Of a stretch of DNA of 34,808 nucleotides, positions 23,085 to 34,367 are shown in pieces. The stretch is from Chiloscyllium plagiosum. Lineage: Eukaryota. The notes beneath the pieces are model-generated. The model was not told the origin of the DNA and did no database searches. It saw nothing but the letters and a program-made list of their open reading frames with translations. Positions within the stretch are counted from its first letter, which is position 1, and each line of letters opens with the position of its first letter. Where the stretch lies: contig NC_057720.1 of NCBI RefSeq assembly GCF_004010195.1, forward strand, positions 5,603,313 through 5,638,120. The letters run 5' to 3'. A program made the translations under genes and the position numbers.

Positions 23085-23392
23085 AAGGGATGATCCAGGG
23101 CAAGAGGGCACAGTCTCAGAATTTAGGGGCACCAATTGAAGACTGAGATGTTGAGGAATTTCTTCTCTCAGAGGGTTGAGAGGAATGCCTTGCCATAGGG
23201 AGCTGTGGGGGTAGAGCTCCTATGTATATTTAAGGTTGAGGTAGATTCTTGATCAGTCAGGGAATCAAGGGTTAATGAAAAAGGGCAGGAGGGTGGACGT
23301 GAGGAACGTAGGATCAGCCATGATCACATTGAATGGCGGAGCAGGCTCGAGGGGCCAAATGGCCTATTCCTGTCCCTCTACCTTATTGTCTT
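23085..23392 (+). mobile_element. CR1 3' end
   Basis: RGHSLRI...RNFFSQRV coding and caggctcgaggggccaaatggcctattcct tail. Confidence 0.75.
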
Positions 23393-25073
23393 ACTTGCAT
23401 TTATATAGCACGTCTTATGGCCTCAGAAGCTTTATTTGATAGCAGCCCATTTTGTGCATAGCAAGATCCCACAAACCAAAAGATAGGAACATAGGAGCGC
23501 ATGTAATGTAAGGTTTTCTTTAATAAACCAAGTATTTTATTTAAGTTAATTCCTGATTGTATTATTAATTAACTCATATTAATACAATAAAATGAAGTAA
23601 ACGTTTGTTTTGTCCAAGTCAGCCAAACATGGAAACAAGCAGTAAATTTGAAAAAAAGATTATTTTAAAGTGAAGAGGATTCATTGGTCAGTGCAAAAGA
23701 GTCTTTTACAGCTTTGGTCAAGTGATCAGGCTGATACAAAGTTGTGACTGAATAAATTAAACATACAAGTGAGGAACAAGATTGAGAAGCTCAGCCCTTT
23801 GATGATATCAATTCTTTCAGATTCTGCTTTTGGAAACATCCAGAATGCGACTAATTTGCAAAGATGTTGCTCCGAGCCCTGACCTTTTTTTGCTAAAATT
23901 AGCATTACTTCATCGTAGACAATGTTTGTGTCATTTCATAGTTGATCATTTTAATGATTGTTTGACTGGCTCATTTATATCATACGTTCATGGGAACAAT
24001 GTTGCTTTCATCGTGCCTTATGACTTGGTATACATCGTCTTGCTGTTTGGTTTCATCACTGGGATGGTCAAAGCCAGAATAGATCCTGGATGAGCTCGTT
24101 TTATCTGACTTGGTGCTTTTCCAAGATAGTGGACTCTTACAAGAGCTTTTAAACTGTGGCTGTTTTAAATATAACCCAGTCTTAATATAGCCACATGATT
24201 ATTTTTAATATTTCTTCAATTAGAACTTAATTGAGGCACATTGCTTGCTCAGTCATATATTTCTGGCTGATTGCTAATTATGTAATAAACCTTAATATAT
24301 CCGGGTAATTAAGAAACAAAGATTGCAAAATGACTATATATTGGCTGAATGTTAGTACAAAATAGATTTGTGACCTTGCTGGATTACTACAGTGGGTGTC
24401 ATATAAAACTAAATTAAAAATGGTCAAAGTACACTAAGAAACTACTACCTAGATTTACTAGATGTGGATTGTTCAGCCCCTCAGGCCAGCTCTGCCATTC
24501 TATGATCTGACTCGACACCATATTCCTGTGCTGTCCCCATATCCCTTGGTGTTAGTGGTAAACTGTAAATGTCATTAGGAATGTAAGACACACCAGGTAA
24601 GCAATAAATGATGACCAGGTCTCCTTGTGCCACCGACACTTTTTACAAACCCACCGACTCCCACAGCTACCTGGATTACACCTCTTCTCACCCTACCTCC
24701 TGCAAAAATGCCATCCCATATTCCCAATTCCTCTGTCTCCGCCGTATCTGCTCCCAGGAGGATCAGTTCCACCACAGAACACATCAGATGACCTCCTTCT
24801 TTGGAGACCGGAATTTCCCTTCCCACGTGGTTAAAGATGCCCTCCAACGCATCTCGTCCACATCCCGCACCTCCGCCCTCAGACCCAACCCCTCCAACCA
24901 CAACAAGGACAGAACGCCCCTGGTGCTCACCTTCCACCCTACCAACCTTCGCATAAACCAAATCATCCGCCGACATTTCCGCCACCTCCAAACAGACCCC
25001 ACCACCAGGGATATATCTCCCTCCCCACCCCTCTCCGCCTTCCGCAAAGACCGTTCCCTCCGTGACCACCTGG

Positions 25074-25951
25074 NNNNNNNNNNNNNNNNNNNNNNNNNNN
25101 NNNNNNNNNNNNNNNNNNNNNNNNNNNNNNNNNNNNNNNNNNNNNNNNNNNNNNNNNNNNNNNNNNNNNNNNNNNNNNNNNNNNNNNNNNNNNNNNNNNN
25201 NNNNNNNNNNNNNNNNNNNNNNNNNNNNNNNNNNNNNNNNNNNNNNNNNNNNNNNNNNNNNNNNNNNNNNNNNNNNNNNNNNNNNNNNNNNNNNNNNNNN
25301 NNNNNNNNNNNNNNNNNNNNNNNNNNNNNNNNNNNNNNNNNNNNNNNNNNNNNNNNNNNNNNNNNNNNNNNNNNNNNNNNNNNNNNNNNNNNNNNNNNNN
25401 NNNNNNNNNNNNNNNNNNNNNNNNNNNNNNNNNNNNNNNNNNNNNNNNNNNNNNNNNNNNNNNNNNNNNNNNNNNNNNNNNNNNNNNNNNNNNNNNNNNN
25501 NNNNNNNNNNNNNNNNNNNNNNNNNNNNNNNNNNNNNNNNNNNNNNNNNNNNNNNNNNNNNNNNNNNNNNNNNNNNNNNNNNNNNNNNNNNNNNNNNNNN
25601 NNNNNNNNNNNNNNNNNNNNNNNNNNNNNNNNNNNNNNNNNNNNNNNNNNNNNNNNNNNNNNNNNNNNNNNNNNNNNNNNNNNNNNNNNNNNNNNNNNNN
25701 NNNNNNNNNNNNNNNNNNNNNNNNNNNNNNNNNNNNNNNNNNNNNNNNNNNNNNNNNNNNNNNNNNNNNNNNNNNNNNNNNNNNNNNNNNNNNNNNNNNN
25801 NNNNNNNNNNNNNNNNNNNNNNNNNNNNNNNNNNNNNNNNNNNNNNNNNNNNNNNNNNNNNNNNNNNNNNNNNNNNNNNNNNNNNNNNNNNNNNNNNNNN
25901 NNNNNNNNNNNNNNNNNNNNNNNNNNNNNNNNNNNNNNNNNNNNNNNNNNN
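25074..25951. other. Assembly gap (878 N)
   Basis: Run of N. Confidence 1.
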
Positions 25952-26034
25952 TCACCTATTGTACTCTATGCAACTTTCTCCCCACCCCCACCCTCCTATC
26001 ATTTATCTCTCCATCCTTCAGGCATTCTGCCTGC

Positions 26035-26070
26035 ATTCCTGATGAAGGGCTTTTGCCCGAAACGTCGATT
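26035..26070 (+). ncRNA. Minimal type I hammerhead ribozyme motif in the PLE terminal repeat
   Basis: CTGATGA-a-GGGC tttt GCCC-GAAACGTC. Predicted cleavage after 26066. The palindromic ACGT helix III fits the dimeric minimal hammerheads known from PLEs. Confidence 0.75.
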
Positions 26071-26231
26071 TTAACTGCTTCTTGGATGCTGCCTGAACCG
26101 CTGTGCTTTTCCAGCACCTCTAATCCAGAATCTGGTTTCCAGCATCTGCAGTCATTGTTTTTACCCTCTGCAAAATAAGAATTGAGACTCTTTTACTTAC
26201 ACCCGAGATTTCGGGCGGGACTTTGTTAAAA

Positions 26232-26851
26232 CATCTTGCCTTCATTACTCAGTCCTCTGAGTACAGGAGTTGGGATATCATGTTGAGGTTGTACAGGACC
26301 TTGGTGAAGCCTCTTCTGAAATACGTGTCCAGTTCTGGTCTCCCAGTGAGAGGAAGGATATTATCAAGCTGGAAGGATTCAGAAGTGATTTACCAGGATG
26401 TTGCGGTACGGAGCTTTTGAGTTATAAAGAAAGGCTGGGACTTTTTCACTGGCGCTTAGGATGTTAAGAAGCAACCTATAGAAGTTTATAAAATCATGAG
26501 GGGTATAGATAAGGTTAATGGTTGGTGTCTTTTTCTCTAAGATGGGGGATTTCAAGTCTAGGGGACACATTTTTAGGATAAGAGGAGAGACAATTAAAAA
26601 AGACATGAGATTCAATTTTGTTTTACACGGAAGGCAGCTGACGTGTGGATTGAACTTCCTGAGGAAGTGGTGGATGTGGGTACAATTACAACATTTGAAA
26701 GACATTTAGATAGATCCAGGAATAGGAAGGGTTTGGAAGGATATAGACCAGGAGCAGGCAGGTGGGACTAGTTTAGTTTGGGATTATGTTCGGTATGAAC
26801 TGGTTGGACCGAAGGGTCTGTTTCCGTGCTGTATGAATCTATGACTCTATG
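26232..26851 (+). mobile_element. 5'-truncated CR1 LINE
   Basis: EYRSWDIMLRLYRTLVKPLL coding and ctatgactctatg tail. Confidence 0.87.
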
Positions 26852-28001
26852 TTGTATGTGTACCCTTGCCTTTAAGTTACTTCATCTGTAAGTATTTCAG
26901 GTCGTGTACATGTACAAGATTATAGCTCTGCCTACCAGCCTTTTGTAGTCCTGTGTTCTTTTAATGACTCCATCCCACGCCATTTTGTCAAGCTCGATTC
27001 TCAATTTGTTTTATTTAAGCAGACAAAGCATTTAGGTGGTGGTTTGGTCTATGGCCTGGCATTCTTGTTCAAGTGCAATGTTGCAGTTTCTTCAAAAATT
27101 CAAATTTTATCAAATCATTCTGGATATTTCAAGGTTAAGCTGTGAATGGAAGTGATAGGTGAGGTATCTGAGCTTGATTTGTTGATAACTGCATGGATGC
27201 ACTCTGGGCTTGCATCTATAGTGTTGCTATGTTATCTTGGCTGTGTGGCAGTGTTTGTACCTGTGAGGTGGAAGGTGGTGGGTTGATTCCCACTTCAAAC
27301 CTTGAACCCAAAATTCAGTAAGCCGTTTGAGTGGAGCACTGAGGGGAATATGACATGGGTGCAGGTTCTGTCCTTAGTGTCAGATAGTTCATATCATCAA
27401 TGCCAAGAAAGAACAGGGTGTTCAGGCTGAAACATTCCCATGGAGAAACGATTGGTGAACTATGGGCTCCTGGATAATTAAAACAGAAGGTGTAAAGCCT
27501 GAACACATTGTTTTAATTTGTAGCGGATGGGTCCTTGTTGATGAATGTCTAGTGAGTATAAATGAGCCATTTTAAAAGTTGGACTGGTTATTTCAGTCGG
27601 TTGCTGGTGCAGCTGTCGGTGCATTTGGGATTATTCTGCAAATGCTTCCCAATTGAAAAATCCCATCTCTAACAGTAGGTGTTTTGTGTTGGGTTTTGCA
27701 AATGCACACTGACAAAAGGTGGAACACTCAGTCAGCCCAAATTTGCAAAGCCCAGACTGGCAGCTAAAGCATCAATGTCAAGTTGAGTCTCATTCTCATC
27801 TGGCTGTGTGCTTTTGCCTTGCTGTAGGAATCTAGGTCAAGATCGTAGATGTGCAGCTTCCCTGAATTTCTTCTTCCCACCAGGAAATTGTCTATTGATT
27901 TGAATTGGAAAGGTCCCACAATTCCACCACTGCTTTCGCTAAAACAAGCTAACAGATTACAGATTCAATTATTGATCTGCTCCTGTAATTATCTAGTTGG
28001 C

Positions 28002-28219
28002 ACTGAGGTCTGCAGATGCTGGAGATCAGAGTTGAGAGAGTGTTGCTAGAAAAGCACAGCAGGTCAGGGAGCATCCGAGGAGCAGGAAAATCGACGTTTT
28101 GGGCATAAGCCCTTCATCAGCACTTTGCTGATGAAGGGCTTTTGCCCGAAACGTCGATTTTCTTGCTCCTCAGATGCTCCCTGACCAGCTGTGCTTTTCC
28201 AGCAACACTCTCTCAACTC
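28002..28219. mobile_element. Palindromic PLE-derived insert with 94-bp arms and 15-bp TSD
   Basis: Arms 28029-28122 and 28126-28219 have about 6 mismatches and a 3-nt loop. ctcctgtaattatct is duplicated at 27980-27994 and 28217-28231. Intact hammerhead motif on + at 28128-28155. Confidence 0.87.
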
Positions 28220-28419
28220 CTGTAATTATCTGTCTGGGGACCTTCACAACATAGTTCACTGCAGTTAATTCATTTTTTTATTACTTGAATAAAATGGATA
28301 CATTCTCCTTTGCCCCGGTTGAGATAAACGAGCATTACAGTCATCTGCTTTTGTTGAGGTATTTTAATTCCACATAACAGATCATTGAAATGAAGAGATG
28401 TTGAATTAAGGGGATTAAG

Positions 28420-29294
28420 CATAGAGTCATAGAGTCATAGAGATGTACAGCATGGAAACAGACCCTTCGGTCCAACCCGTCCATGCCGACCGGATATCCC
28501 AACCCAATCTAGTTCCACCTGACAGCACCCGGCCCATATCCCTCCAAACCCTGCCTATTCATATACCCATCCAAATGCCTTTTAGATGGTTATAGTTGTA
28601 CCAGCCTCCACCACATCCTCTGGCAGCTCATTCCATACACGTGCCACCTGCTGTGTGAAACAGTTGCCCCTTAGGTCTCTTTTATATCTTTGCCCTCTTA
28701 CCCTAAACCTATGCTGTCTAGTTCTGGACTCCCTGACCCCAGGGAAAAGATTTTGTCTATTTATCCTATCCATTCCCCTCATAATTTTGTAAACCTCTAT
28801 AAGGTCACCCCTCAACCTCCGACACTCCAGGGAAAACAGCCCCAGCCTTTTCAGCTTCTATAGCTCAAATCCTCCAACCCTGGCAACATCCTTGTAAATC
28901 TTTTCTGAACCCTTTCAAGTTTCACAACATTCTTCTGATAGGAAGGAGACCAAAATTGCATGCAATATTCCAACAGTGGCCTAATCAATGTCTTGTACAG
29001 CTGCAACATGACGTCCCAACTCCTATACTCAATAAGCTGGCCAATAAAGGAAAGCATACCAAACGCCTTTTTCACTATCCTATCTACTTTTGACTCCACT
29101 TTCAAGGAGCTATGAACCTGCACTCCAAGGTCTCTTTGTTCAGCAACACTCCCTAGGACCTTACCATTAAATGTATAAGTCTTGCTAAGATTTGCTTTCC
29201 CAAAATGCAGCACCTCGCATTTATCTGAATTAAACTCCATCTGCCACTTTTCAGCCCATTGGCCCATCTGATCCAGATCCTGTTGTAATCTGAG
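28420..29294 (-). mobile_element. Young 5'-truncated CR1 LINE
   Basis: ORF 28851-29399 from LRLQQDLDQMGQWAEKWQ onward is nearly identical to the 1-1216 copy. (agagtcat)n tail. Confidence 0.92.
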
Positions 29295-31230
29295 CGAATG
29301 CAGTTGGAGATGACACAGGGCAGCCATATTTCTACAAAGCTGATTTGTTTTTGTAGTTGTAAAATTACAAACAGTCGTTTCTTCATTTCTTAATCTCATT
29401 TGTCAGATTATTTGATTAGCTGTTTTATTAACACCATTCTCCACACTGGGACATATATTTTTATATGTATGTTACTGCCCAGTTATTGAGAGGTGACAAG
29501 GGAACTATACCCTTTAAAACTGCTGGTGTGACATGTCCTGCAGTAGCATTCTGTTGATATCAGTGTCCCACTGAACCACCGTCTGGACAATCTTAGGCAC
29601 CTTGGGGCACCTGGACATTACTCAATAAGGTTTTCTTTTCCTCTTCTCTGATGATTTTTTCACTCAATTTGAGGTATTTGTGTGATGCTAGAAAGAAACA
29701 CTTTCTGTTTCAACTAACTTTTGTCAGCATCAAGCACTCTTCCGTTTGTAAATCACCAAAGTCTGCAAGAAACTGTAGCCATCTCTCTCTCTGAGAGAGA
29801 GAGAGAGACAAATGCCAATAGAATAATTATTACAGCACATAGGAGGCCATTCAGCCCATGGTGCCTGCACTGGCTCTATTACCCAGCGCTAGTGTCCTGC
29901 CTTTTTCCCATCTCCCTGTACACCATTTCTATCCAAATATTCTTCAATAGCTTATGGGTCACAACCCCCTGTCAAAAGACCAACAATCTCTCCTAATCCA
30001 AAAGGTGTGTTAGGAAGATGAGTGGGTTGATTGTTAACGTGTTTGGATGCATTGTGAATACTCTTCCCATATTAACCCCCATCACCCAAATGGGATTTGA
30101 ATCTGGATCGTCAGTGAGTGGAACCTGTTGAGTCACAATAACTCCCCAATGCACCCTTCAGTTCTGGCTTGTCTCAACAATGCACCTTTATCCCAGTTTC
30201 AGAAGGGCAGGCGGATTCCCATGTCTGACAGTCACCAGACTGTATGAGACAGTTGAGTTTGTTCCAATTCACAGGGAAGGGTCAGTACACATCACTGGTG
30301 TGCTTAAGGTGTGTCTATCTGCAAGGATAGTCAGTTTCTTGCAGACTTTGGTGAATTACAAACGGAAGAGGACTGGAGAACAGCCAACGTGATACCATTA
30401 TTCAAGAAGTGAGGAAGGAGTAACTATAGGCCAGTCAGCCTAAACCTGGTGATGGGGAAACTGTTCTGAGGGACCAAATTAATCTGCAGTTGGAGAGGGA
30501 CGTATTAATCAAGAACATTCAGCATGGTTTTGTTAAGGGACGAAATTGATTGAAATTTTTGAAGAGGTGACCAGGTGTGTAGGTGAGGGCAATGCATTCA
30601 ACGTTAGTCTACTTGGAATTCAGAAAGACCTTTGAGGAGGTCCTGCACGGGAGACATGAGGAACAGTAAGACCCCAAGGAAATTCGGCTAATTAGATCCA
30701 GAATTGGCTGAGTGGCGGGTAGCAGAGGGTAATGGTTGAGGTGTATTTTTGTAACTGGAAGCCAATATCCAGTGGGGTTCCGTAGGGATTGGAGCCCTGA
30801 TGTTTATGGTGTATACACACAATTTAGATCTGAAAGTAGGAGAGTTGATCAGCAAGTTTGCGGATGATGCAAAAATTGGTGGGGTGGTAAACAGTGAGGA
30901 GGATAGCTTTAGAGTACAGGAGGACACAGACAGGCTGGCCAGTGGCAAATGGGATTCAGTCCAGATAGATATGAGGTGATGCACTTGGGTAGGGCAATCA
31001 AGGCAAGAGAATACATGATGAACAGTAGGACCTTGGGAAGCACCAAGGATCAGAGGGTCCACTGATCCCTTAAGGTACTGAACAGGTAGATACAGTGGTT
31101 AGGAAGGCATATGGGACACTTGCCCTCAGGAGAGGAAGCATAGGGTTTAAGAGCAGGGTGGTAACGCAGGTGCTATATAAACTATTGGTTTGACCACAAC
31201 TAGATTATTGTGCATAGTTCTGAAATCCGC

Positions 31231-33030
31231 TTTTTAAAATGTTTGTTGGGATGTGGATCTTGATCAGATGGGCCAATGGGCTGAGAAGCGGAAGATGAAG
31301 TTTAATTTAGATAAATGTGAGGTGCTGCATTTTGGGAAAGCAAATCTTAGCAGGACTTCTGCACTTAATGGTAAATCCTAGGGAGAGTTGCTGAACAAAG
31401 AGACCTTGGAGTGCAGGTTCATAGCTCCTTGAAAGTGGAGTCACAGGTAGATAGGGTAGTGAAGAAGGCGTTTGGTATGCTTTCCTTTATTGGGAGTATT
31501 GAATACACGAATTGGGAGGTCATGTTGCAGCTGTACAGTACATTGGTTAGGCCACTGTTGGAATATTGCATGCAATTTTGGTCTTCTTTCTATTGGACTG
31601 ATGTTGTGAAACTTAAAAGTGTTCAGAAAAGATTTACAAGGATGTTGCCAGGGTTGGAGACTTTGAGCTATAGGGAGAGGTTGAAAAGGCTAAAGCTGTT
31701 TTCCCTGGAGCGTCGGAGGCTGAGGGGTGAGCTTATGGAGGTTTATAAAATCATGAGGGGCATGGATAGGATAAATAGACACAGTCTTTTCCCTGGGGTC
31801 AGGGAGTCCAGAACTAGAGGGCATAGGTTTAGGGTGAGAGGGAAAGATATAAAAGAGACCTAAGGGGCAACTTTTTCACACAGCGGGTGGCATGTGTATG
31901 GAATGAGCTGCCAGAGGAAGTGGTGGAGGCTGGTACAATTACAGCATTTAAGAGGCATTTGGATGGGTATATGAATAGGAAGGGTTTGGAGGGATACCGG
32001 CCAGGTGCTGGCAGGTGGGACTAGATTGGGTTGGGATATCTGGTTGGCATGGACAAGTTGGACCGAAGGGTCTGTTTCCGTGCACTATATCTCTATGACT
32101 ATGTCTATGACTCTATGTGGGTATTAATAGCTGGACCAGCATTTATTGCCCTTCCCTAGTTACCTTTGAGAAGGTGGGGGTGAGCTGCCTTCTGGAACCA
32201 CTGCAGTCCATGTGCTGTAGGTCGACCCACAATGCCCTTAGGGTGGGAATTCCAAGATTTTGACCCAACGACAGTGAAAGAATGATGATACAATTCCAAG
32301 TCAGGATGGTGAGTGGCTTGGAGGGGAACTTGCAGGTGGTAGTGTTCCCATGTATCTGCTGCTCTTATCCTTCTAGATGGAAGTGGTCATGGTTTGGAAG
32401 GTGCTGTCTAAGGATCTTTGGTGAATATCTGCAGTGCCTTTTGTAGATAGTACACACTGCTGCGACTGAGAGTCGCTGGTGAAGGGAATGGATGCTTGTG
32501 GATGTGATGCCAATCAAACAGGCTGCTTTGTCCTGGATGGTGTTAAGCTTCTTGAGTGTTGTTGGAGCTGCCCCCATCCAGGCAAGTGGGGAGTATTCCA
32601 TTACACTCCTGACCTGTGCCTTGTAGATGGTGGACAGGCTGTGGGGAATCAGGAGACGAGTTACTTTCTACAATATTGCTAGCCTCTGACTTGGACTTGT
32701 AGTCAGTGTGTTTATGTGGAACGTCCAGTTGGGTTTTTAGTCCATGCTCACCCCCAGGATAGTGGGGAATTCAGTGATGGTAGCACCATTGAAGGTCATG
32801 AGGCAGTGATTAGATTCTCTCTTATTGGAAATGGCCTTTGCCTGGCATATATATGACGTAAATGTTACTTGCCACTGGTCAGCCTAACTCTCAATATTGT
32901 GCAGCATCTTTTGCATTTGAGAATGGACTGTTTTGGTATCTAAGGAGTCACGAATGGTGCTGAATATTGTGCAATCGTCAGCGAATATCCCCATTTCTGA
33001 CCTTAGGATAAGGAAAGATCATTGATGCAA
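31231..33030 (-). mobile_element. LINE-B fragment (tail 31231-31256, body 32115-33030)
   Basis: ORF MEYSPLAWMGAAPTTLKKLNTIQDKAACLIG. Reverse-strand FADD coding at about 32975-32986. Confidence 0.8.
31257..32114 (+). mobile_element. Young 5'-truncated CR1 LINE with 6-bp TSD
   Basis: ORF 31411-31863. atgtgg is duplicated at 31251-31256 and 32115-32120. Confidence 0.92.
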
Positions 33031-33185
33031 TCATGCTAAAAAGGATGCAGAGGAGATTTACCAGAATGCTGTGTGAGCTAGAGAGTTTTAGTTATGAGGA
33101 GAGATTGAATAGACCGGCGTTGATTTTCTTGGAGAGGTCGAAACTGAGTGGGATATGATTGAGTGTTTACAACAATGAAAGGCAT

Positions 33186-33437
33186 AACCAAAAGAGAAAA
33201 TGCTAGAAAATCTCAGCAGGTCTGGCAACATCTGTAAGGAGAGAAAAGAGCTGACGTTTCGAGTCGAACTGACCCTTTGTCAAAGCTGACAAAGCTGACC
33301 AGCTTTGACAAAGGGTCAGTTAGACTCGAAATGTCAGCTCTTTTCTCTCCTTACAGATGCTGCCAGACTTGCTGAGATTTTCCAGCATTTTCTCTTTTGG
33401 TTCCAGATTCCAGCATCCGCAGTAATTTGCTTTTACC
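33186..33437. mobile_element. Palindromic PLE-derived insert with 103-bp arms, variant hammerhead core and 13-bp TSD
   Basis: Arms 33186-33288 and 33300-33402. caatgaaaggcat (33173-33185) versus caatgaaagacat (33438-33450). Confidence 0.85.
33249..33287 (-). ncRNA. Hammerhead ribozyme motif with U3:A8 core variant
   Basis: Reverse strand AGCT-TTGACAA-a-GGGTC agttc GACTC-GAAACGTC-AGCT gives a 4-bp helix I, a 5-bp helix II (one GU) and a GUC site. Confidence 0.6.
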
Positions 33438-33783
33438 CAATGAAAGACATCGATTGGGTAGACAGGAAGAAACATTTCCCCGTGGTGCAGGGGTCAATGA
33501 CCAGGGAAGGAACTTCTTCTCTCAGTGTATCTGTGGAATTCTTCATCATAGAGGCCTCAGTTGGGATACTCATTAAGTGCCTTTAAGGCTGAGAAAGACA
33601 GATTTTTAATCAGTAAGGGATTCAAAGGTTATGGAGAAAAGGCAGGAAAGTAGAGTTGAGGATTACCAAATCAATCATGATCCCATTGATTTGTGGAGGC
33701 AGATTAGATGGGCTGAATGGCAGACTTTTCTTATGGATGAGCCTATCATGTGACTTCCCTTGTGCTGTTTGTTCTTCCTCTAG

Positions 33784-34000
33784 AATCTCATTGATAAGAA
33801 GTGGTGAGAAGCTTCAAGCACAAGAACATTTAATCGTGCAGGAATACCTCGATAAACCATTCCTCTTGGAAGGCTACAAGTTTGACCTACGTATCTATAC
33901 CCTGGTAACCTCTTGCGACCCCCTGCGGATATTCCTGTACAATGATGGGCTGGTACGCATGGGCACAGAGAAGTATCACGCTCCCACTGACTCAAACTTG
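33784..34000 (+). CDS. TTLL7: TTLL7 internal coding exon D (217 bp)
   Basis: Acceptor gttcttcctctAG| and donor TTG|GTAAGG. Translates ISLIRSGEKLQAQEHLIVQEYLDKPFLLEGYKFDLRIYTLVTSCDPLRIFLYNDGLVRMGTEKYHAPTDSNL (TTL-domain VQEY, KFDLRIY and GLVR motifs). Phase is compatible with exon C (GG+A = Gly). Confidence 0.96.
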
Positions 34001-34367
34001 GTAAGGTGCTTCTGGCTGAAGGCAGTGACTCAAAGAAAAATGTCACTTTTTTTTAAGGTTGTTGTGGGGTCACAGTCTGTGCTTGATTTCTAGTTGTCTT
34101 GATGCAATGCAGTGGACCATGGGCTTACAATTGGTCTTCCCAAAACTGGTGGTGGGAAGGTTCAGTGAGAGCGTGAACTTTGAACCTGCTTTCCGACTGA
34201 GGAATAAAAACTATGTTCCCTCTCTAATGAGCTCCTGATCTCACAGAGCAACCCTCAGCCCAGCCTCAATCCACAGTCTCAATTCTCAGTGAGAGCATTG
34301 CAACAGTTTTTAAATCTTGAACTGGGTTCCCAATGCAAAACTGTTTTGGAATTGAATTGTTGGGAGA

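Larger units (their letters stand above)
24627..26165 (+). mobile_element. Penelope-like retroelement, 5'-truncated: RT thumb/linker, gap, then 3' terminal repeat
   Basis: Open frame TDTFYKPTDSHSYLDYTSSHPTSCKNAIPYSQFLCLRRICS...PLVLTFHP...LRDHL is typical of PLE ORFs upstream of the GIY-YIG endonuclease. A hammerhead-bearing terminal repeat follows the gap. Confidence 0.87.
30375..33735 (+). mobile_element. Old CR1 LINE (about 30375-31230, resuming about 33033-33735) carrying nested insertions
   Basis: Decayed RT motifs (YRPVSL, QHGFVKG, SKFADDAKIGG). Breaks after YCA.F. and resumes at KRMQRRFTRML. The part after about 33510 may be a separate copy. Confidence 0.7.

Noticed and set aside
24608..26074. 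Long ORFs of 326-488 aa, and similar ones over 15649-16285
   Set aside because: Length comes from translating through N gaps. Only the PLE part before the gap is meaningful.
29782..29808. (TC)n(GA)n mini-palindrome, and short tandem duplications near 11998-12018 and 17536-17557
   Set aside because: Ordinary slippage products with no further structure.
12654..33783. Additional TTLL7 exons or a nested gene in the 21-kb intron
   Set aside because: Exons C and D join directly in frame (GHG|ISLIR) as in recalled TTLL7. No other ORF resembled a host protein, though small alternative exons cannot be excluded.
33895..33906. Thr in KFDLRIYTLV where Ile/Val is recalled in other TTLLs
   Set aside because: A single substitution that cannot be evaluated without an alignment. 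The core motifs are intact and there is no sign of pseudogenisation.
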